Source of the DNA: an uncultured Verrucomicrobiota bacterium
GTDB lineage: Bacteria; Verrucomicrobiota; Verrucomicrobiia; Limisphaerales; UBA9464
Length of the DNA stretch: 64,000 bases
NCBI GenBank assembly: GCA_903842505.1
Contig: CAIMMI010000304.1
Span: 6,916-70,915 of the forward strand
Direction: 5' to 3'
Shown here: positions 1-9,534 of the stretch, one piece after another
How the letters are laid out: each line of letters opens with the position of its first letter
Position numbering within the stretch: position 1 is the stretch's first letter
Translations under genes and position numbers: made by a program
Notes under the pieces: model-generated
Seen by the model: only the letters and a program-made list of their open reading frames with translations
What the model was told of the DNA's origin: nothing
The model's database searches: none

Positions 1-1074
1 ACAGCGGGATACACAACAGGGCAGTTGGCCTTTTTGTTCGCCTTTGGTGGCGTGCCGTTGACGCCCAAATACAACGTGGATGTGTACAAACTCGTGTATG
101 AGACGGTGGATCCGTGGGGCTTGTCGACCCGGGCTTCGGCGGCCGTGGCGGTGCCGCGTCAGTCGGGGAAGACCTGGCCCCTGCTGTCGTACCAGCATGG
201 CACGATCACAACGGAGGCGGAGGCGCCTTCTGCCGGCGCCAGTCAGGAAGGATTGCTCGGGGTGGTACTGGCTTCGAGCGGGTACGCATCGGTCCTGCCC
301 GACTACCTGGGCTTTGGAGAATCGCCGGGCCTGCATCCGTACCATCATGCGGCCTCGACGGCGACCTGTGTCGTGGACGCCATGCGGGCGGCGCGGACAT
401 GGTGCGGACCGAATTCCGTGCCGCTCAACGGCCAGGTCTTCCTGGCGGGTTACTCCCAGGGCGGGCACGCGACGATGGCGGTGCTCCGGGAGTTGGAGTC
501 CCGTCACGCCGGCGAGTTCTCCGTGACGGCGTGCGCGGCCATGGCGGGAGCCTACGACCTTTCCGGGGTGACGCTCAACGACGCCCTGTCGGATCGGCAG
601 CCGCCCAACCCGTATTATTTCGCCTTTCTCCTGCAAACGCTGGTCGAGCTCTATGGGTTGGCACCGACGCTCGGGGACATTCTGGCGGCCCCGTACAACA
701 CGACGGTTCCACCCCTGCTGACGGGCAATACGTCGGATTCGGATATCAATGCGGCCTTGCCTGCGGTTCCAAACCGGACCTTGAAGCCGGAGTATCTGGC
801 GGCCGTTCGAGCGAATCCGAACCATCCGCTCCGCAGGGCGCTCCGAGACAATGACCTTACCGGGTTTGTTCCCAAGTCGCCGCTCCGCCTCTATCACTGC
901 AGCGGAGACGAAGACGTGATCCCGGCGAATTCGACGGTTGCCAGGCTGCGGTTCGTTGAGGCGGGCGCCACGGGAGTCCAGTTGATCGATCCACAGGCGG
1001 GAGCGGATCATGGGGATTGCGTCCAACCTGCGTTGCTGGCGGCCAAAGCGTGGTTCGACTTGCTCAAGCAATAA
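1..1074 (+). CDS. alpha/beta hydrolase, lipase-like (5-prime partial)
   Basis: Frame 1 has no stop upstream of nt 25, so the gene probably starts before the window. It carries the nucleophile-elbow motif GYSQGGH (G-x-S-x-G) and looks overall like an alpha/beta-hydrolase or secretory lipase. Confidence 0.6.
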   Translation, partial: TAGYTTGQLAFLFAFGGVPLTPKYNVDVYKLVYETVDPWGLSTRASAAVAVPRQSGKTWPLLSYQHGTITTEAEAPSAGASQEGLLGVVLASSGYASVLPDYLGFGESPGLHPYHHAASTATCVVDAMRAARTWCGPNSVPLNGQVFLAGYSQGGHATMAVLRELESRHAGEFSVTACAAMAGAYDLSGVTLNDALSDRQPPNPYYFAFLLQTLVELYGLAPTLGDILAAPYNTTVPPLLTGNTSDSDINAALPAVPNRTLKPEYLAAVRANPNHPLRRALRDNDLTGFVPKSPLRLYHCSGDEDVIPANSTVARLRFVEAGATGVQLIDPQAGADHGDCVQPALLAAKAWFDLLKQ

Positions 1075-1127
1075 GCGCGACGGGTGTCGTACCCATGGGG
1101 GGTAAAAAACGGGGCTAGGCAAACTGC

Positions 1128-1439
1128 GTGGTTTACACCAGTTTCCGCGCCGTGCCGAAGACCGTCCAGACCTCCGAGGCGGGCGGAACCAAGCCGCTGC
1201 CGTTCGAGGAGGCCATCCAGAAACTGGAAACAATCGTGGACTCCATGGAGTCCGAAGAGTTGCCACTTGAAGTGCTTTTGCAGCGCTTCGAGGAGGGAAC
1301 GCGATTGTTGCGCCTCTGCCAGGAACGCCTCTCCGAGGCCGAACTGAAGGTGCAGCGCTTGGAAAAGGATTTGGCGGGAGATACTGTCTCCCGACCTTTT
1401 GACCCCGGTGTAGCCGGGACAGATACCGAAACTGCATGA
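1128..1439 (+). CDS. xseB: exodeoxyribonuclease VII small subunit
   Basis: The core PFEEAIQKLETIVDSMESEELPLEVLLQRFEEGTRLLRLCQERL is typical of XseB. GTG start at 1128 (alternative GTG at 1152). The stop overlaps the dxs start as ATGA at 1436-1439. Confidence 0.8.
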   Translation: MVYTSFRAVPKTVQTSEAGGTKPLPFEEAIQKLETIVDSMESEELPLEVLLQRFEEGTRLLRLCQERLSEAELKVQRLEKDLAGDTVSRPFDPGVAGTDTETA

Positions 1440-3430
1440 GCCGTTATCTCGACATGGTGGATTCGCCCTCTCACGTGAAGAAACTCACGCTGGAACAATT
1501 GACTGACCTCGCCGTTGAGATCCGGCATGAGTTGATCGATGGACTGGCGACGAATGGCGGTCACCTGGGACCCAACCTGGGGGTGGTGGAATTGACCATC
1601 GCCTTGCACCGTTGCTTCACGACACCCCACGACAAATTTGTGTGGGATGTGAGCCATCAGGTCTACGTCCACAAGATCCTCACCGGCCGGAAGGACCGCT
1701 TCCGGACGATCCGCACCACCGGTGGACTGAACGGCTTCGCGCTGCGCACCGAGAGCGAGCATGACTGCTACGGCGCGGGCCACGCGGGCACGGCACTTTC
1801 TGCAGCGCTCGGAATGTGCGCGGCACGCGACCAGAAGGGTTCGGATGAAAATGTGGTCTGTGTGTTCGGCGATGCGGCGTTGACCAACGGCGTGTCCTTT
1901 GAGGGGTTGAACAATATCGCCTGCACGACCAAGCGATTCATCGGCATCCTCAACGACAACGAGTGGAGCATTGCCAAGAACGTGGGGGCCATCGCCACCT
2001 ACCTCGGCAAGCTGACGACGAGTCCCCGGTACAACCGGTTGGCGAAGGACTTCACGTCCTGGTTGCGGAAACTGCCCAAGGGCGAAGTGGTTTCCATGCT
2101 GGGAGCCAAGGCTGAGGAGGCCATCAAGGGGATCGCCAGCAGTCTCGCCCTCGAGCCTGCTCCGGGCGCTGAGTCCGATGGACGCGGTGGCCACGGTTCT
2201 GCGCTTCTGTTCGAGGAATTTGGCATCCGATACCTGGGACCCGTGGATGGCCACAACCTCCCGATGCTCATCAGCACTCTGGAGTTTGCCAAGACGTGCA
2301 CCGAACCGGTGGTGATCCACGTGTTGACCCAGAAGGGACGCGGGTTTGAAGCCGCCCTCAAGTATCCTGAGAAGTTCCACGGCCTGGGGCCTTACGACGT
2401 CCAGAGCGGCCAACCGGCGACCGCGAAGCCCGGCGCTGCCCCCATGTGGCAGGAGGTCTTCGGCAAGACCATGGTGAAGCTCTGCCGCCAGAACCAGAAC
2501 ATCGTCGGCATCACAGCGGCGATGCCGAGCGGAACGAGCCTCAAGCTCCTCGAGCAGGCACTCCCCAAGCAGTACTACGACGTGGGCATCGCCGAGGAGC
2601 ATGCCGTCATCTTTGCGGCCGGCATGGCCACCATGGGTTTCCATCCGGTCGTGGCGATCTACAGCACGTTCCTCCAACGGGCGTACGATTGCATCCATCA
2701 CGACGTCTGCCTGCAGGACCTCCCGGTCATTTTCTGCATGGACCGGGCAGGGCTCTCCGCGAATGACGGACCCACCCACCATGGACTCTTCGACATCTCC
2801 TACCTGCGATGCCTTCCGAACGTGGTTGGGATGGCTCCCAAGGATGAGGATGAGCTTCAGGACATGATGTTCACGGCGACCCTCCAGCCGCATCCGAGCT
2901 TCATCCGTTACCCGCGCGGAAACGCCGAGGGAGTTCCGGTGAAGGAAGTCCCCGGAGTCGTCGAGATCGGCAAGGCCGAGGTCATCCGCGGTTATCGGAA
3001 CAACGGTGGCCGCAAGGTCGCCCTGTTCGGCTTGGGCAACATGCTCCGGGTCGCCAAGGAGGCAGCTGTGGAGTTGGAGAAGGACGGTCTCGACGTGGCG
3101 ATCATCAATCCCCGTTTCTTCAAGCCGCTGGATGCAGCGGTCCACCAGTTCTTCGCGGAGTCCGCCGAAATCGTGGGAACGCTGGAGGACCATGTGGGCA
3201 TGGGCGGTTACGGCAGCGCCGTGCTGGAGTTGCTGTCCGAGCATGGGATTGCGACGCCGGTGGTGAGGTTGGCCTGGCCGGATGTGTTCGTGGAACATGC
3301 CTCGACGGTCGAGTATCTGCGTGAACGCCACGGCTTGACTGCGGCAAATCTCGTTCGGCAGATCCGGGCCCGCTTGCAGGCGGGCGTTGGCCAGATCGAG
3401 CCGAGATCCGGCAATGTGAGCGTTGCCTGA
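1436..3430 (+). CDS. dxs: 1-deoxy-D-xylulose-5-phosphate synthase
   Basis: 664 aa with full-length DXS-like sequence, including GGHLGPNLGVVELT, FGDAALTNG (ThDP-binding region) and DVGIAEEHAV. Confidence 0.95.
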   Translation: MSRYLDMVDSPSHVKKLTLEQLTDLAVEIRHELIDGLATNGGHLGPNLGVVELTIALHRCFTTPHDKFVWDVSHQVYVHKILTGRKDRFRTIRTTGGLNGFALRTESEHDCYGAGHAGTALSAALGMCAARDQKGSDENVVCVFGDAALTNGVSFEGLNNIACTTKRFIGILNDNEWSIAKNVGAIATYLGKLTTSPRYNRLAKDFTSWLRKLPKGEVVSMLGAKAEEAIKGIASSLALEPAPGAESDGRGGHGSALLFEEFGIRYLGPVDGHNLPMLISTLEFAKTCTEPVVIHVLTQKGRGFEAALKYPEKFHGLGPYDVQSGQPATAKPGAAPMWQEVFGKTMVKLCRQNQNIVGITAAMPSGTSLKLLEQALPKQYYDVGIAEEHAVIFAAGMATMGFHPVVAIYSTFLQRAYDCIHHDVCLQDLPVIFCMDRAGLSANDGPTHHGLFDISYLRCLPNVVGMAPKDEDELQDMMFTATLQPHPSFIRYPRGNAEGVPVKEVPGVVEIGKAEVIRGYRNNGGRKVALFGLGNMLRVAKEAAVELEKDGLDVAIINPRFFKPLDAAVHQFFAESAEIVGTLEDHVGMGGYGSAVLELLSEHGIATPVVRLAWPDVFVEHASTVEYLRERHGLTAANLVRQIRARLQAGVGQIEPRSGNVSVA

Positions 3431-3463
3431 TTCTGCGGTTCTGCGGTAGCGGAGGTTTCGACA

Positions 3464-3491
3464 GGGGCCGTCACCCGAGGGTGACGGCCCC
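3464..3491 (+). terminator. perfect 12-bp stem hairpin downstream of dxs (terminator-like)
   Basis: GGGGCCGTCACC (3464-3475), loop CGAG, GGTGACGGCCCC (3480-3491), 34 nt after the dxs stop. The trailing sequence TTCGCCTTTGGG is only weakly U-rich. Confidence 0.45.
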
Positions 3492-3855
3492 TTCGCCTTT
3501 GGGAATGCCACTTGGGACGCACTCTGGGACAAGTGCCAGTTGGAACGCGCCACTTTGACGCAGATGCGCATCGTTCAGGCTGAACCCTGTGGGAACGATC
3601 GAATGGGCTCGTCCACTCTGCGTCGGGACGGCCGTCTGGAATCCGTGACTTGGCAGATTTCGAAACCGGAGTGGAAAACAGGTGTTTGAATTGTAGGGAC
3701 GAGGACGTGAACACCCCCGGGGTGCCCCTGTCAGAGATTCACGAAGATGACCGGTAACCTCCGCCGCAGGACGATGTAGGGGTAGAAGACGGTTCTGGCA
3801 TCAAGCCTGCGAAGACAGGAATACCGAAGCCGACCGGCGGTGAGAAAGGAAACAG

Positions 3856-5061
3856 ATGAACGCGAATGCAAACATCAAGCTGCGGAAGACGAAGACCACA
3901 ACTGCCCGGACTGAGCGGAAGGCGCATCGGACTGGGGCAATCGCAGCGACTGGATCCCGACGAGTTCGACCCAACCCAACCCAGGCCGCGTCGCCGGTCG
4001 TAACGGTTGTGCACGCGGGGATCGTGGAAGCCCCAGAGGAGGTGGTGATTCCGGTGGCCAACCTCGCGAAGGCGCGAGTCCTGCCGGTGCAAGCGGTCGG
4101 TGCCGAGGTGCCGGGAATTCCTCGGGGTGCCGGAGTCCGGGCGCGTGACCCAGTTGGCGAGATCAAGGTTCAGCGGACGCCGAAGGCAGCTCCGGCGCTG
4201 GATGCCAGACCGGAGCGTGGGCTGTGGGATGAGAATTCTTCGTTGAGGCTCTACCTGCGGGAGGCGGTGGAGACCCCCTTGCTGACACCAAGCGACGAGA
4301 TCGTGCTCGCCGGGCGTATCCAGGCCGGGGACGAGTCGGCGAGAGAGCATATGATCAAGGCCAACCTCCGGTTGGTGGTGAAGATTGCGAGGGAGTACGA
4401 GGATTTTGGGCTTCCGCTGTTGGACCTCATCAATGAAGGCAACATCGGCCTGATGCGTGCGGTGGAACGGTTTGATCCGACCAAGGGGGCGAAGCTGAGT
4501 ACCTACGCAGCGTGGTGGATCAAGCAGTCGATCAAGCGGGCACTTTCGAACCAATCCAAGTCGATCCGACTGCCGATTCACGTGGTGCAGGAATTGGCGC
4601 GGATGAAGAAGGCGGAATCCAAACTGGAGTCCGACCTGGGTCGTCAGCCGTCGGAGTTGGAGTTGGCGGCGGTGCTGGGGGTGGATATTGACGACATCAA
4701 GCGATGGCGGGATGCGGCGGCGGTAGGGGCGACTTCGCTGGATGCTCCGTTGGGCAATGATCCGGAGGCGGGGCGGGTGGCGGATGTCATCGCGGATGAA
4801 AACGCGAAGATGCCCTGGGCTGGGGTCTCCGATGAGACCAATGCCGAGTTGCTCCACGAATTGATCGGGACGCTGAACGTTCGCGAGCAGCGGATCCTGC
4901 GTGAGCGATTTGCCCTGGATGGAGGGGAACCCCGGACGTTGGAGGAGATTGGAGTGGAGTTTGGGTTGACCCGTGAGCGGATCCGTCAGTTGGAGGCCGC
5001 TGCACTCAAGAAACTCCGGGACCGGTTGAAGGCGAGGGAGGCGCTGCAGTTTGCGGCCTGA
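3856..5061 (+). CDS. RNA polymerase sigma factor, sigma-70 (RpoD/SigA) family
   Basis: Region 2 (NLRLVVKIAREY, LDLINEGNIGLMRAVERFDPTKGAKLSTYAAWWIKQSIKRAL), region 3, and the region 4 HTH (LEEIGVEFGLTRERIRQLEAAALKKLR). The N-terminal roughly 120 aa are basic and low-complexity. Confidence 0.85.
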   Translation: MNANANIKLRKTKTTTARTERKAHRTGAIAATGSRRVRPNPTQAASPVVTVVHAGIVEAPEEVVIPVANLAKARVLPVQAVGAEVPGIPRGAGVRARDPVGEIKVQRTPKAAPALDARPERGLWDENSSLRLYLREAVETPLLTPSDEIVLAGRIQAGDESAREHMIKANLRLVVKIAREYEDFGLPLLDLINEGNIGLMRAVERFDPTKGAKLSTYAAWWIKQSIKRALSNQSKSIRLPIHVVQELARMKKAESKLESDLGRQPSELELAAVLGVDIDDIKRWRDAAAVGATSLDAPLGNDPEAGRVADVIADENAKMPWAGVSDETNAELLHELIGTLNVREQRILRERFALDGGEPRTLEEIGVEFGLTRERIRQLEAAALKKLRDRLKAREALQFAA

Positions 5062-5088
5062 GGCGAAGGGTGTTTTTTGCCGGGAGCT

Positions 5089-5514
5089 TCAAACGGCGTA
5101 GGTGGTATTGCCTTCCAGGGGGAATGCATTGGCCAGGTGGCGCACCTCGGAAACCTTTCCGTCGCGGAGAAGCACTTCGACGATATCGAACCGAATCCGG
5201 ACCTTGGGGTTCCCCGATTGGCGGAGGTACTGGAGGGCGGAGGCTGAGAGGAGGCGTCGCTTTCTGAGGTTGACGGCAGCGGCAGGGCGGAGCCAACCGC
5301 CAGCGGAGCGGGTCTTGACCTCGACAAAGATGACGCACTCCGGGTCGCGCAGGATCAGATCGATCTCTCCCGGGCCACCCCGGTAGTTGCGGGCGAGCAA
5401 CACGAGACCTCGGGCTCGGAGGTGTTCGAGGGCTGAATCCTCACCCAGCGAACCTCGAACGAGGTTCGTGGGACGTGAGTCACGACCCAGGATCTTCCTG
5501 AACCAGTCCCACAT
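5089..5514 (-). CDS. YraN-family (UPF0102) endonuclease-like protein
   Basis: Motif GEIDLILRDPECVIFVEVKTR. The start is taken at the internal ATG 5514, which overlaps the rnhB stop by 1 nt (TGATG on the minus strand). The 162-aa track ORF is an upstream extension into rnhB. Confidence 0.75.
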   Translation of the reverse strand: MWDWFRKILGRDSRPTNLVRGSLGEDSALEHLRARGLVLLARNYRGGPGEIDLILRDPECVIFVEVKTRSAGGWLRPAAAVNLRKRRLLSASALQYLRQSGNPKVRIRFDIVEVLLRDGKVSEVRHLANAFPLEGNTTYAV

Positions 5515-6176
5515 CAGGTGAAGAGGTCCGGGTCGGGTTGTCGGATCGGGGCGAAACTGCGCCGATGGATTGGGCATGGTCCAAGCCGACGGATGGCCTC
5601 GAGATGATCGGGTGTGGGGTAGCCCTTGTGCCGGTCGAACCCGTAGCCTGGGTAGAGTTGTTCGGCGTCCAGCATGAGTCGGTCGCGGGTGACCTTGGCG
5701 AGGACGCTCGCGGCGGCGATCGAGTAGCTTCGGGAATCGCCCTTCACGAGGGCGGATTGGGGAAATGCGAGGGAAGGCACCCTGTTTCCATCGACGAGTG
5801 CGTGTGCTGGCCGGCAGGGCAGCGACTGCAGGGCCTGATTCATTCCGGAGTGGGTCGCTGCCAGAATATTGAGCCGGTCGATCTCCGTGTGTGAGATCGC
5901 GATGATGGAGTGGTGGATGGACTGGTCCGTCAGGAGGAGGTCGAAGTAGCGGTCGCGGGCTGATTCGCTGAGTTTCTTGGAATCGTTGAGGCCTCGGAAG
6001 TGTTCTGGCACACCGGCAGACATCCAGGACTCAGGAAGGATCACTGCGGCGACCACGACTGCTCCGGCGAGGGGGCCGCGTCCCGCCTCATCGACGCCGG
6101 CGATCGGCGAGATTCCTTGCGACCAGAGTTCGCGTTCAAAGCTGAGCCTGTCGGCAATGGGTGTCTTGGCGGGCAT
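5514..6176 (-). CDS. rnhB: ribonuclease HII
   Basis: GVDEAGRGPLAGAVVVAAV catalytic motif and full-length RNase HII-like sequence (220 aa). Confidence 0.9.
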   Translation of the reverse strand: MPAKTPIADRLSFERELWSQGISPIAGVDEAGRGPLAGAVVVAAVILPESWMSAGVPEHFRGLNDSKKLSESARDRYFDLLLTDQSIHHSIIAISHTEIDRLNILAATHSGMNQALQSLPCRPAHALVDGNRVPSLAFPQSALVKGDSRSYSIAAASVLAKVTRDRLMLDAEQLYPGYGFDRHKGYPTPDHLEAIRRLGPCPIHRRSFAPIRQPDPDLFT

Positions 6177-6228
6177 GGTTGAACCGTATCGGGTCTCGAT
6201 CAGGGGGCGTTGCCGGAGTGAGAAAGAC

Positions 6229-8775
6229 CTAGGAATCCGATCGCAGGATTTCGAGTGGGGGATGATTGCTGACTCCGCGGCTGGCGGCGAGGCCGACCCC
6301 CAAGGTCAGCAATGGTACGAGGATGAGGGTTGCGACGAGTTCCAGCGTTGGAAGGTGGAAGGGGATCCGGAAGACGAAATGGCTGAGGGCCCAGGCTGCC
6401 CCGGTGGCAAGGAAGGAGCCCGCGATGGCAGCGAGCAGTCCGAGTCCGGCATACTCGGCGATCAGGATCTGCCGGATCGTGTTGCGGGATGAACCGAGGG
6501 TGCGCAGCAGGATGGCTTCCTGCATTCGCTGCCAACGCCCGGTGATCACGGACCCCGCCAGAACAATCATTCCGGTGCCGACCGTGAACAGGGCCATGAA
6601 GCGGACGGCGAGGGCGACCTTGGAAAGGACACCCTCGACCGTCTGGAGAACGAGGGTCAGGTCGACGATCGAGACGTTGGGGAATTGGCGGACCACGTCG
6701 CGCTGCATCCGGGCAGATTCGGCAGGCGAGGTAATCCGGGTGGCGAGGACGTGCATGGAGGGCGCTGCTTCGAGTGCCCCTTCCGGGAATACGACAAAGA
6801 AATTGGGTTTCACCTGGCGCCAATCCACCTCGCGGATCGATCCGACCTCGCACTCCAGAGGCACGCCTTGGACGTCAAACGCGAGCGAGTCGCCCACTTC
6901 GACGGATAGTTCCTCGGCGATACCCGCTTCGATCGAGATCGGGATCCGCGCGATGCCTGGATCGACCCGGGCGACCAGTTTGCCTCGGAGGAGTTTCTCC
7001 GAGGCAGTGAGGTTGGTTCGCCAGGTTGAGCGATACTCCCGTTGGAGGACCCAGCCTTGGGTGCGACCGTTGGAATTCGGGGTGATCTGAGCGACTGGGG
7101 TTCCCTTGATGTGCCGGAGTCGCATGGTCACGATGGGTGCACTTTCCAGGATCGGGAGGTGCATGGCCTGGAGCGCGGAGGAAACCTCAGCCAGTTGGTC
7201 GGGCTGGATGTCGAACAGGATGGCGTTGGGATGCAGTTCGGAGTCGCCGGGTTGAAGGGATGCCAGCAGGGCGGATCGCACGAGTTGAAGCGAGAGGAGA
7301 AGGAAGGTGCCAAGTCCCAGGGAGACGAGGAGGGTGCTGGTGCGGTTGTTTGGACGATGGAGGCTGGCGAGGCCCTGTCGCCAGGCGAAGGGGAGCCAAC
7401 GGAACCGGAATTGGCGGGCGAGTGCGATGAGCAGGCGCGCTCCGGCCGCCAGAACCAGAAAGGCGACCCCGAGGCCGCCCGCAAAGCCGAGGCCATATCT
7501 CCAATTGGAGGTCTGAAGCTGGGCGAATACGAGGACGGTGACCAGCAGGACGGAGATGACAGCGATTCGAGCGGGGTCCGTGCGCCTTTGCGCTTCCGAG
7601 AATGCCGCGCGGATGGCTGCGAGCGGGGAGACCCGACGGACATCGAGCAGCGGAAGAAGGGCGAAGGTGGTGGTGACGACGAAACCGACCACGGCGGCTT
7701 CCAGAACTGCCCTGAATGAGAAATGGAGGTGGATGGGGAAAGGCATGGCCTTTGCCAGCGCGACTGGAACCACCTGATGGATCAGGGCCCCGATGGCGAT
7801 GCCGGAGGTGATTCCAATGAGACCCATCGTCAGGGCCTGAAGGAGGTAGACGGTAAAGGTAGCGGAAATGGGGGCTCCGAGGCAGCGAAGGACGGCAACC
7901 TGTTGCAGTCGCTGACGGATGTGGACGTGGATCGCACTGGCAACACCCACGCCGCCGAGAAGGAGTGCGATGAAGGCGACCAAGCCGAGGTAGCCGTTGA
8001 GGTTTTCCGCAGCGTTGCCGAGGTCTTGTTTCCGGCGCTCGGCCGTATCCACTTCGAGTTTGAGAGTCTTGGCCCTTTCCTGGATTCCCGCGATCCGGGA
8101 ACCCAACTGGCGATCCTCATCCAGTCGGAGGAGAGCGCGGTAGCGCACGATCGAGCCCCGGCCGAGCAGGCCAGTCTCCGCGAGGCGGTTCGTGGACAGG
8201 TAGACACGGGGAGCGAGATTGGCGAAGCCCATCGAATCGCCCGGCACCCTGCGGAGCAGTCCGACGATCCTGGTCTCCCATTTGCCAAGCCGGACCGCGG
8301 CCCCGACGCCGACGTTGAACTGCTGGGCAATGCCTTCCTCAACGATCAGTCCTTCGCCTCGGCGGAAGGCTGCATCGGCATCGGGGGGTTCCGTCTCCAA
8401 CCGACCATAGAAAGGAAAATTCCCGGACAGCGCGCGGACGTTGACGAGTCGTGTGCTGTCGTTCCCCGGAAAATAGAGCATCGAGGCGAAGCTGACTTCG
8501 TCGCTGCGTTCCCCGCCCAGTTCCTGGATCAGTGATGTTTGCTCCTGGCCGAACGGTTGGCGGGAACTGAGCACCAGATCCGCTCCGAGAAGGGACTTGG
8601 CCTGTTCATCAATGCCGCGGCGGATCGATGCGCCGAGCGAACCGATGGCGACCAGGGCGGCGACGCCGAGCGAGATGCTCAAGGAGAAGAGCGTGAGTCG
8701 GCGTCGGGAGGAACGGGAGTCCCGCCAGGCAAGCCGCCAGACCCACGGTGTCAGAAGGGATCGGAGGAGCTTCAT
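6229..8775 (-). CDS. ABC transporter permease, FtsX/MacB-like with duplicated FtsX domains (YbbP-like)
   Basis: About 848 aa with two blocks of hydrophobic helices separated by large extracytoplasmic regions. The start ATG at 8775 forms an ATGA overlap with the stop of the upstream ATPase gene. Confidence 0.8.
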   Translation of the reverse strand: MKLLRSLLTPWVWRLAWRDSRSSRRRLTLFSLSISLGVAALVAIGSLGASIRRGIDEQAKSLLGADLVLSSRQPFGQEQTSLIQELGGERSDEVSFASMLYFPGNDSTRLVNVRALSGNFPFYGRLETEPPDADAAFRRGEGLIVEEGIAQQFNVGVGAAVRLGKWETRIVGLLRRVPGDSMGFANLAPRVYLSTNRLAETGLLGRGSIVRYRALLRLDEDRQLGSRIAGIQERAKTLKLEVDTAERRKQDLGNAAENLNGYLGLVAFIALLLGGVGVASAIHVHIRQRLQQVAVLRCLGAPISATFTVYLLQALTMGLIGITSGIAIGALIHQVVPVALAKAMPFPIHLHFSFRAVLEAAVVGFVVTTTFALLPLLDVRRVSPLAAIRAAFSEAQRRTDPARIAVISVLLVTVLVFAQLQTSNWRYGLGFAGGLGVAFLVLAAGARLLIALARQFRFRWLPFAWRQGLASLHRPNNRTSTLLVSLGLGTFLLLSLQLVRSALLASLQPGDSELHPNAILFDIQPDQLAEVSSALQAMHLPILESAPIVTMRLRHIKGTPVAQITPNSNGRTQGWVLQREYRSTWRTNLTASEKLLRGKLVARVDPGIARIPISIEAGIAEELSVEVGDSLAFDVQGVPLECEVGSIREVDWRQVKPNFFVVFPEGALEAAPSMHVLATRITSPAESARMQRDVVRQFPNVSIVDLTLVLQTVEGVLSKVALAVRFMALFTVGTGMIVLAGSVITGRWQRMQEAILLRTLGSSRNTIRQILIAEYAGLGLLAAIAGSFLATGAAWALSHFVFRIPFHLPTLELVATLILVPLLTLGVGLAASRGVSNHPPLEILRSDS

Positions 8776-9443
8776 GCGTCGATCCGTTGGCCGCCCTTCA
8801 ACCGGATGACCTGGCGGCAACGCTGGGCCAGTTCCATGTCGTGGGTGACCAGGACCAGAGCGGTTCCGGCCGAGCGGTTGAGTTCGAAAAGCATGTCCGC
8901 GATGCGATGGGCCGTATCGCCATCGAGGTTGCCCGTGGGTTCGTCAGCGAAGAGCAGTTCCGGTCGGGTGACGAATGCGCGGGCGATGGCGACGCGCTGC
9001 TGTTCGCCGCCGGACAACTGGATTGGGTAGTGGTTGGCCCGGTCGCGGAGGCCGACCTGTTCGAGCAAGCGAAGCCCCTCGGCTTCGTCGACCTTGCCAC
9101 CTCGAAGTTCGAGCGGGAGGAGGACGTTTTCGATCGCCGTGAGGGTTGGCAGGAGTTGGAAGTTCTGGAACACGAAGCCGACGTGTTGGTTTCGGACCTG
9201 TGCCCGCGAATCTTCGTCCAGGGTCCCGAGGTCCTGACCAGCGAGGATGACGTTGCCGGAGGTGGCGGTATCCAAGCCGGCCGACAGGCCGAGGAGCGTG
9301 GTCTTGCCGGATCCGGATGGGCCGACGATGGCGCAGGTTTCGCCCGGGAGGACTTCGAGTGACACGTCTTTGAGAACCACCAGGTCGTGGAGGCCACTGC
9401 GGTAGGCCTTGGTCAGATTTCGGGCGGAGAGCAGCGCTTGCAC
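8772..9443 (-). CDS. ABC transporter ATP-binding protein (LolD/MacB/YbbA-type)
   Basis: Walker A GPSGSGKTTLL, signature LSGGEQQRVAIARA, Walker B LLFADEPTGNLD. Confidence 0.9.
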   Translation of the reverse strand: MQALLSARNLTKAYRSGLHDLVVLKDVSLEVLPGETCAIVGPSGSGKTTLLGLSAGLDTATSGNVILAGQDLGTLDEDSRAQVRNQHVGFVFQNFQLLPTLTAIENVLLPLELRGGKVDEAEGLRLLEQVGLRDRANHYPIQLSGGEQQRVAIARAFVTRPELLFADEPTGNLDGDTAHRIADMLFELNRSAGTALVLVTHDMELAQRCRQVIRLKGGQRIDA

Positions 9444-9534
9444 CGGTGGTGTGTTCCACGGTGGAGGCTGGGCGTCAAATGGGAGTTCGATGCAAAGATG
9501 TCTGGGGGTGTTGCTGAAGGTTCACGCGATGGGG

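Noticed and set aside
1133-3571. 812-aa ORF on the minus strand
   Set aside because: It is antisense to dxs, which has unmistakable conserved motifs. Its translation is Arg/Gly/His/Leu-rich and shows no family resemblance. This is a typical shadow ORF of high-GC DNA.
3739-4857. 372-aa minus-strand ORF opposite the sigma factor
   Set aside because: The translation is Arg/Pro-rich and low-complexity. The plus strand encodes clear sigma-70 regions 2-4.
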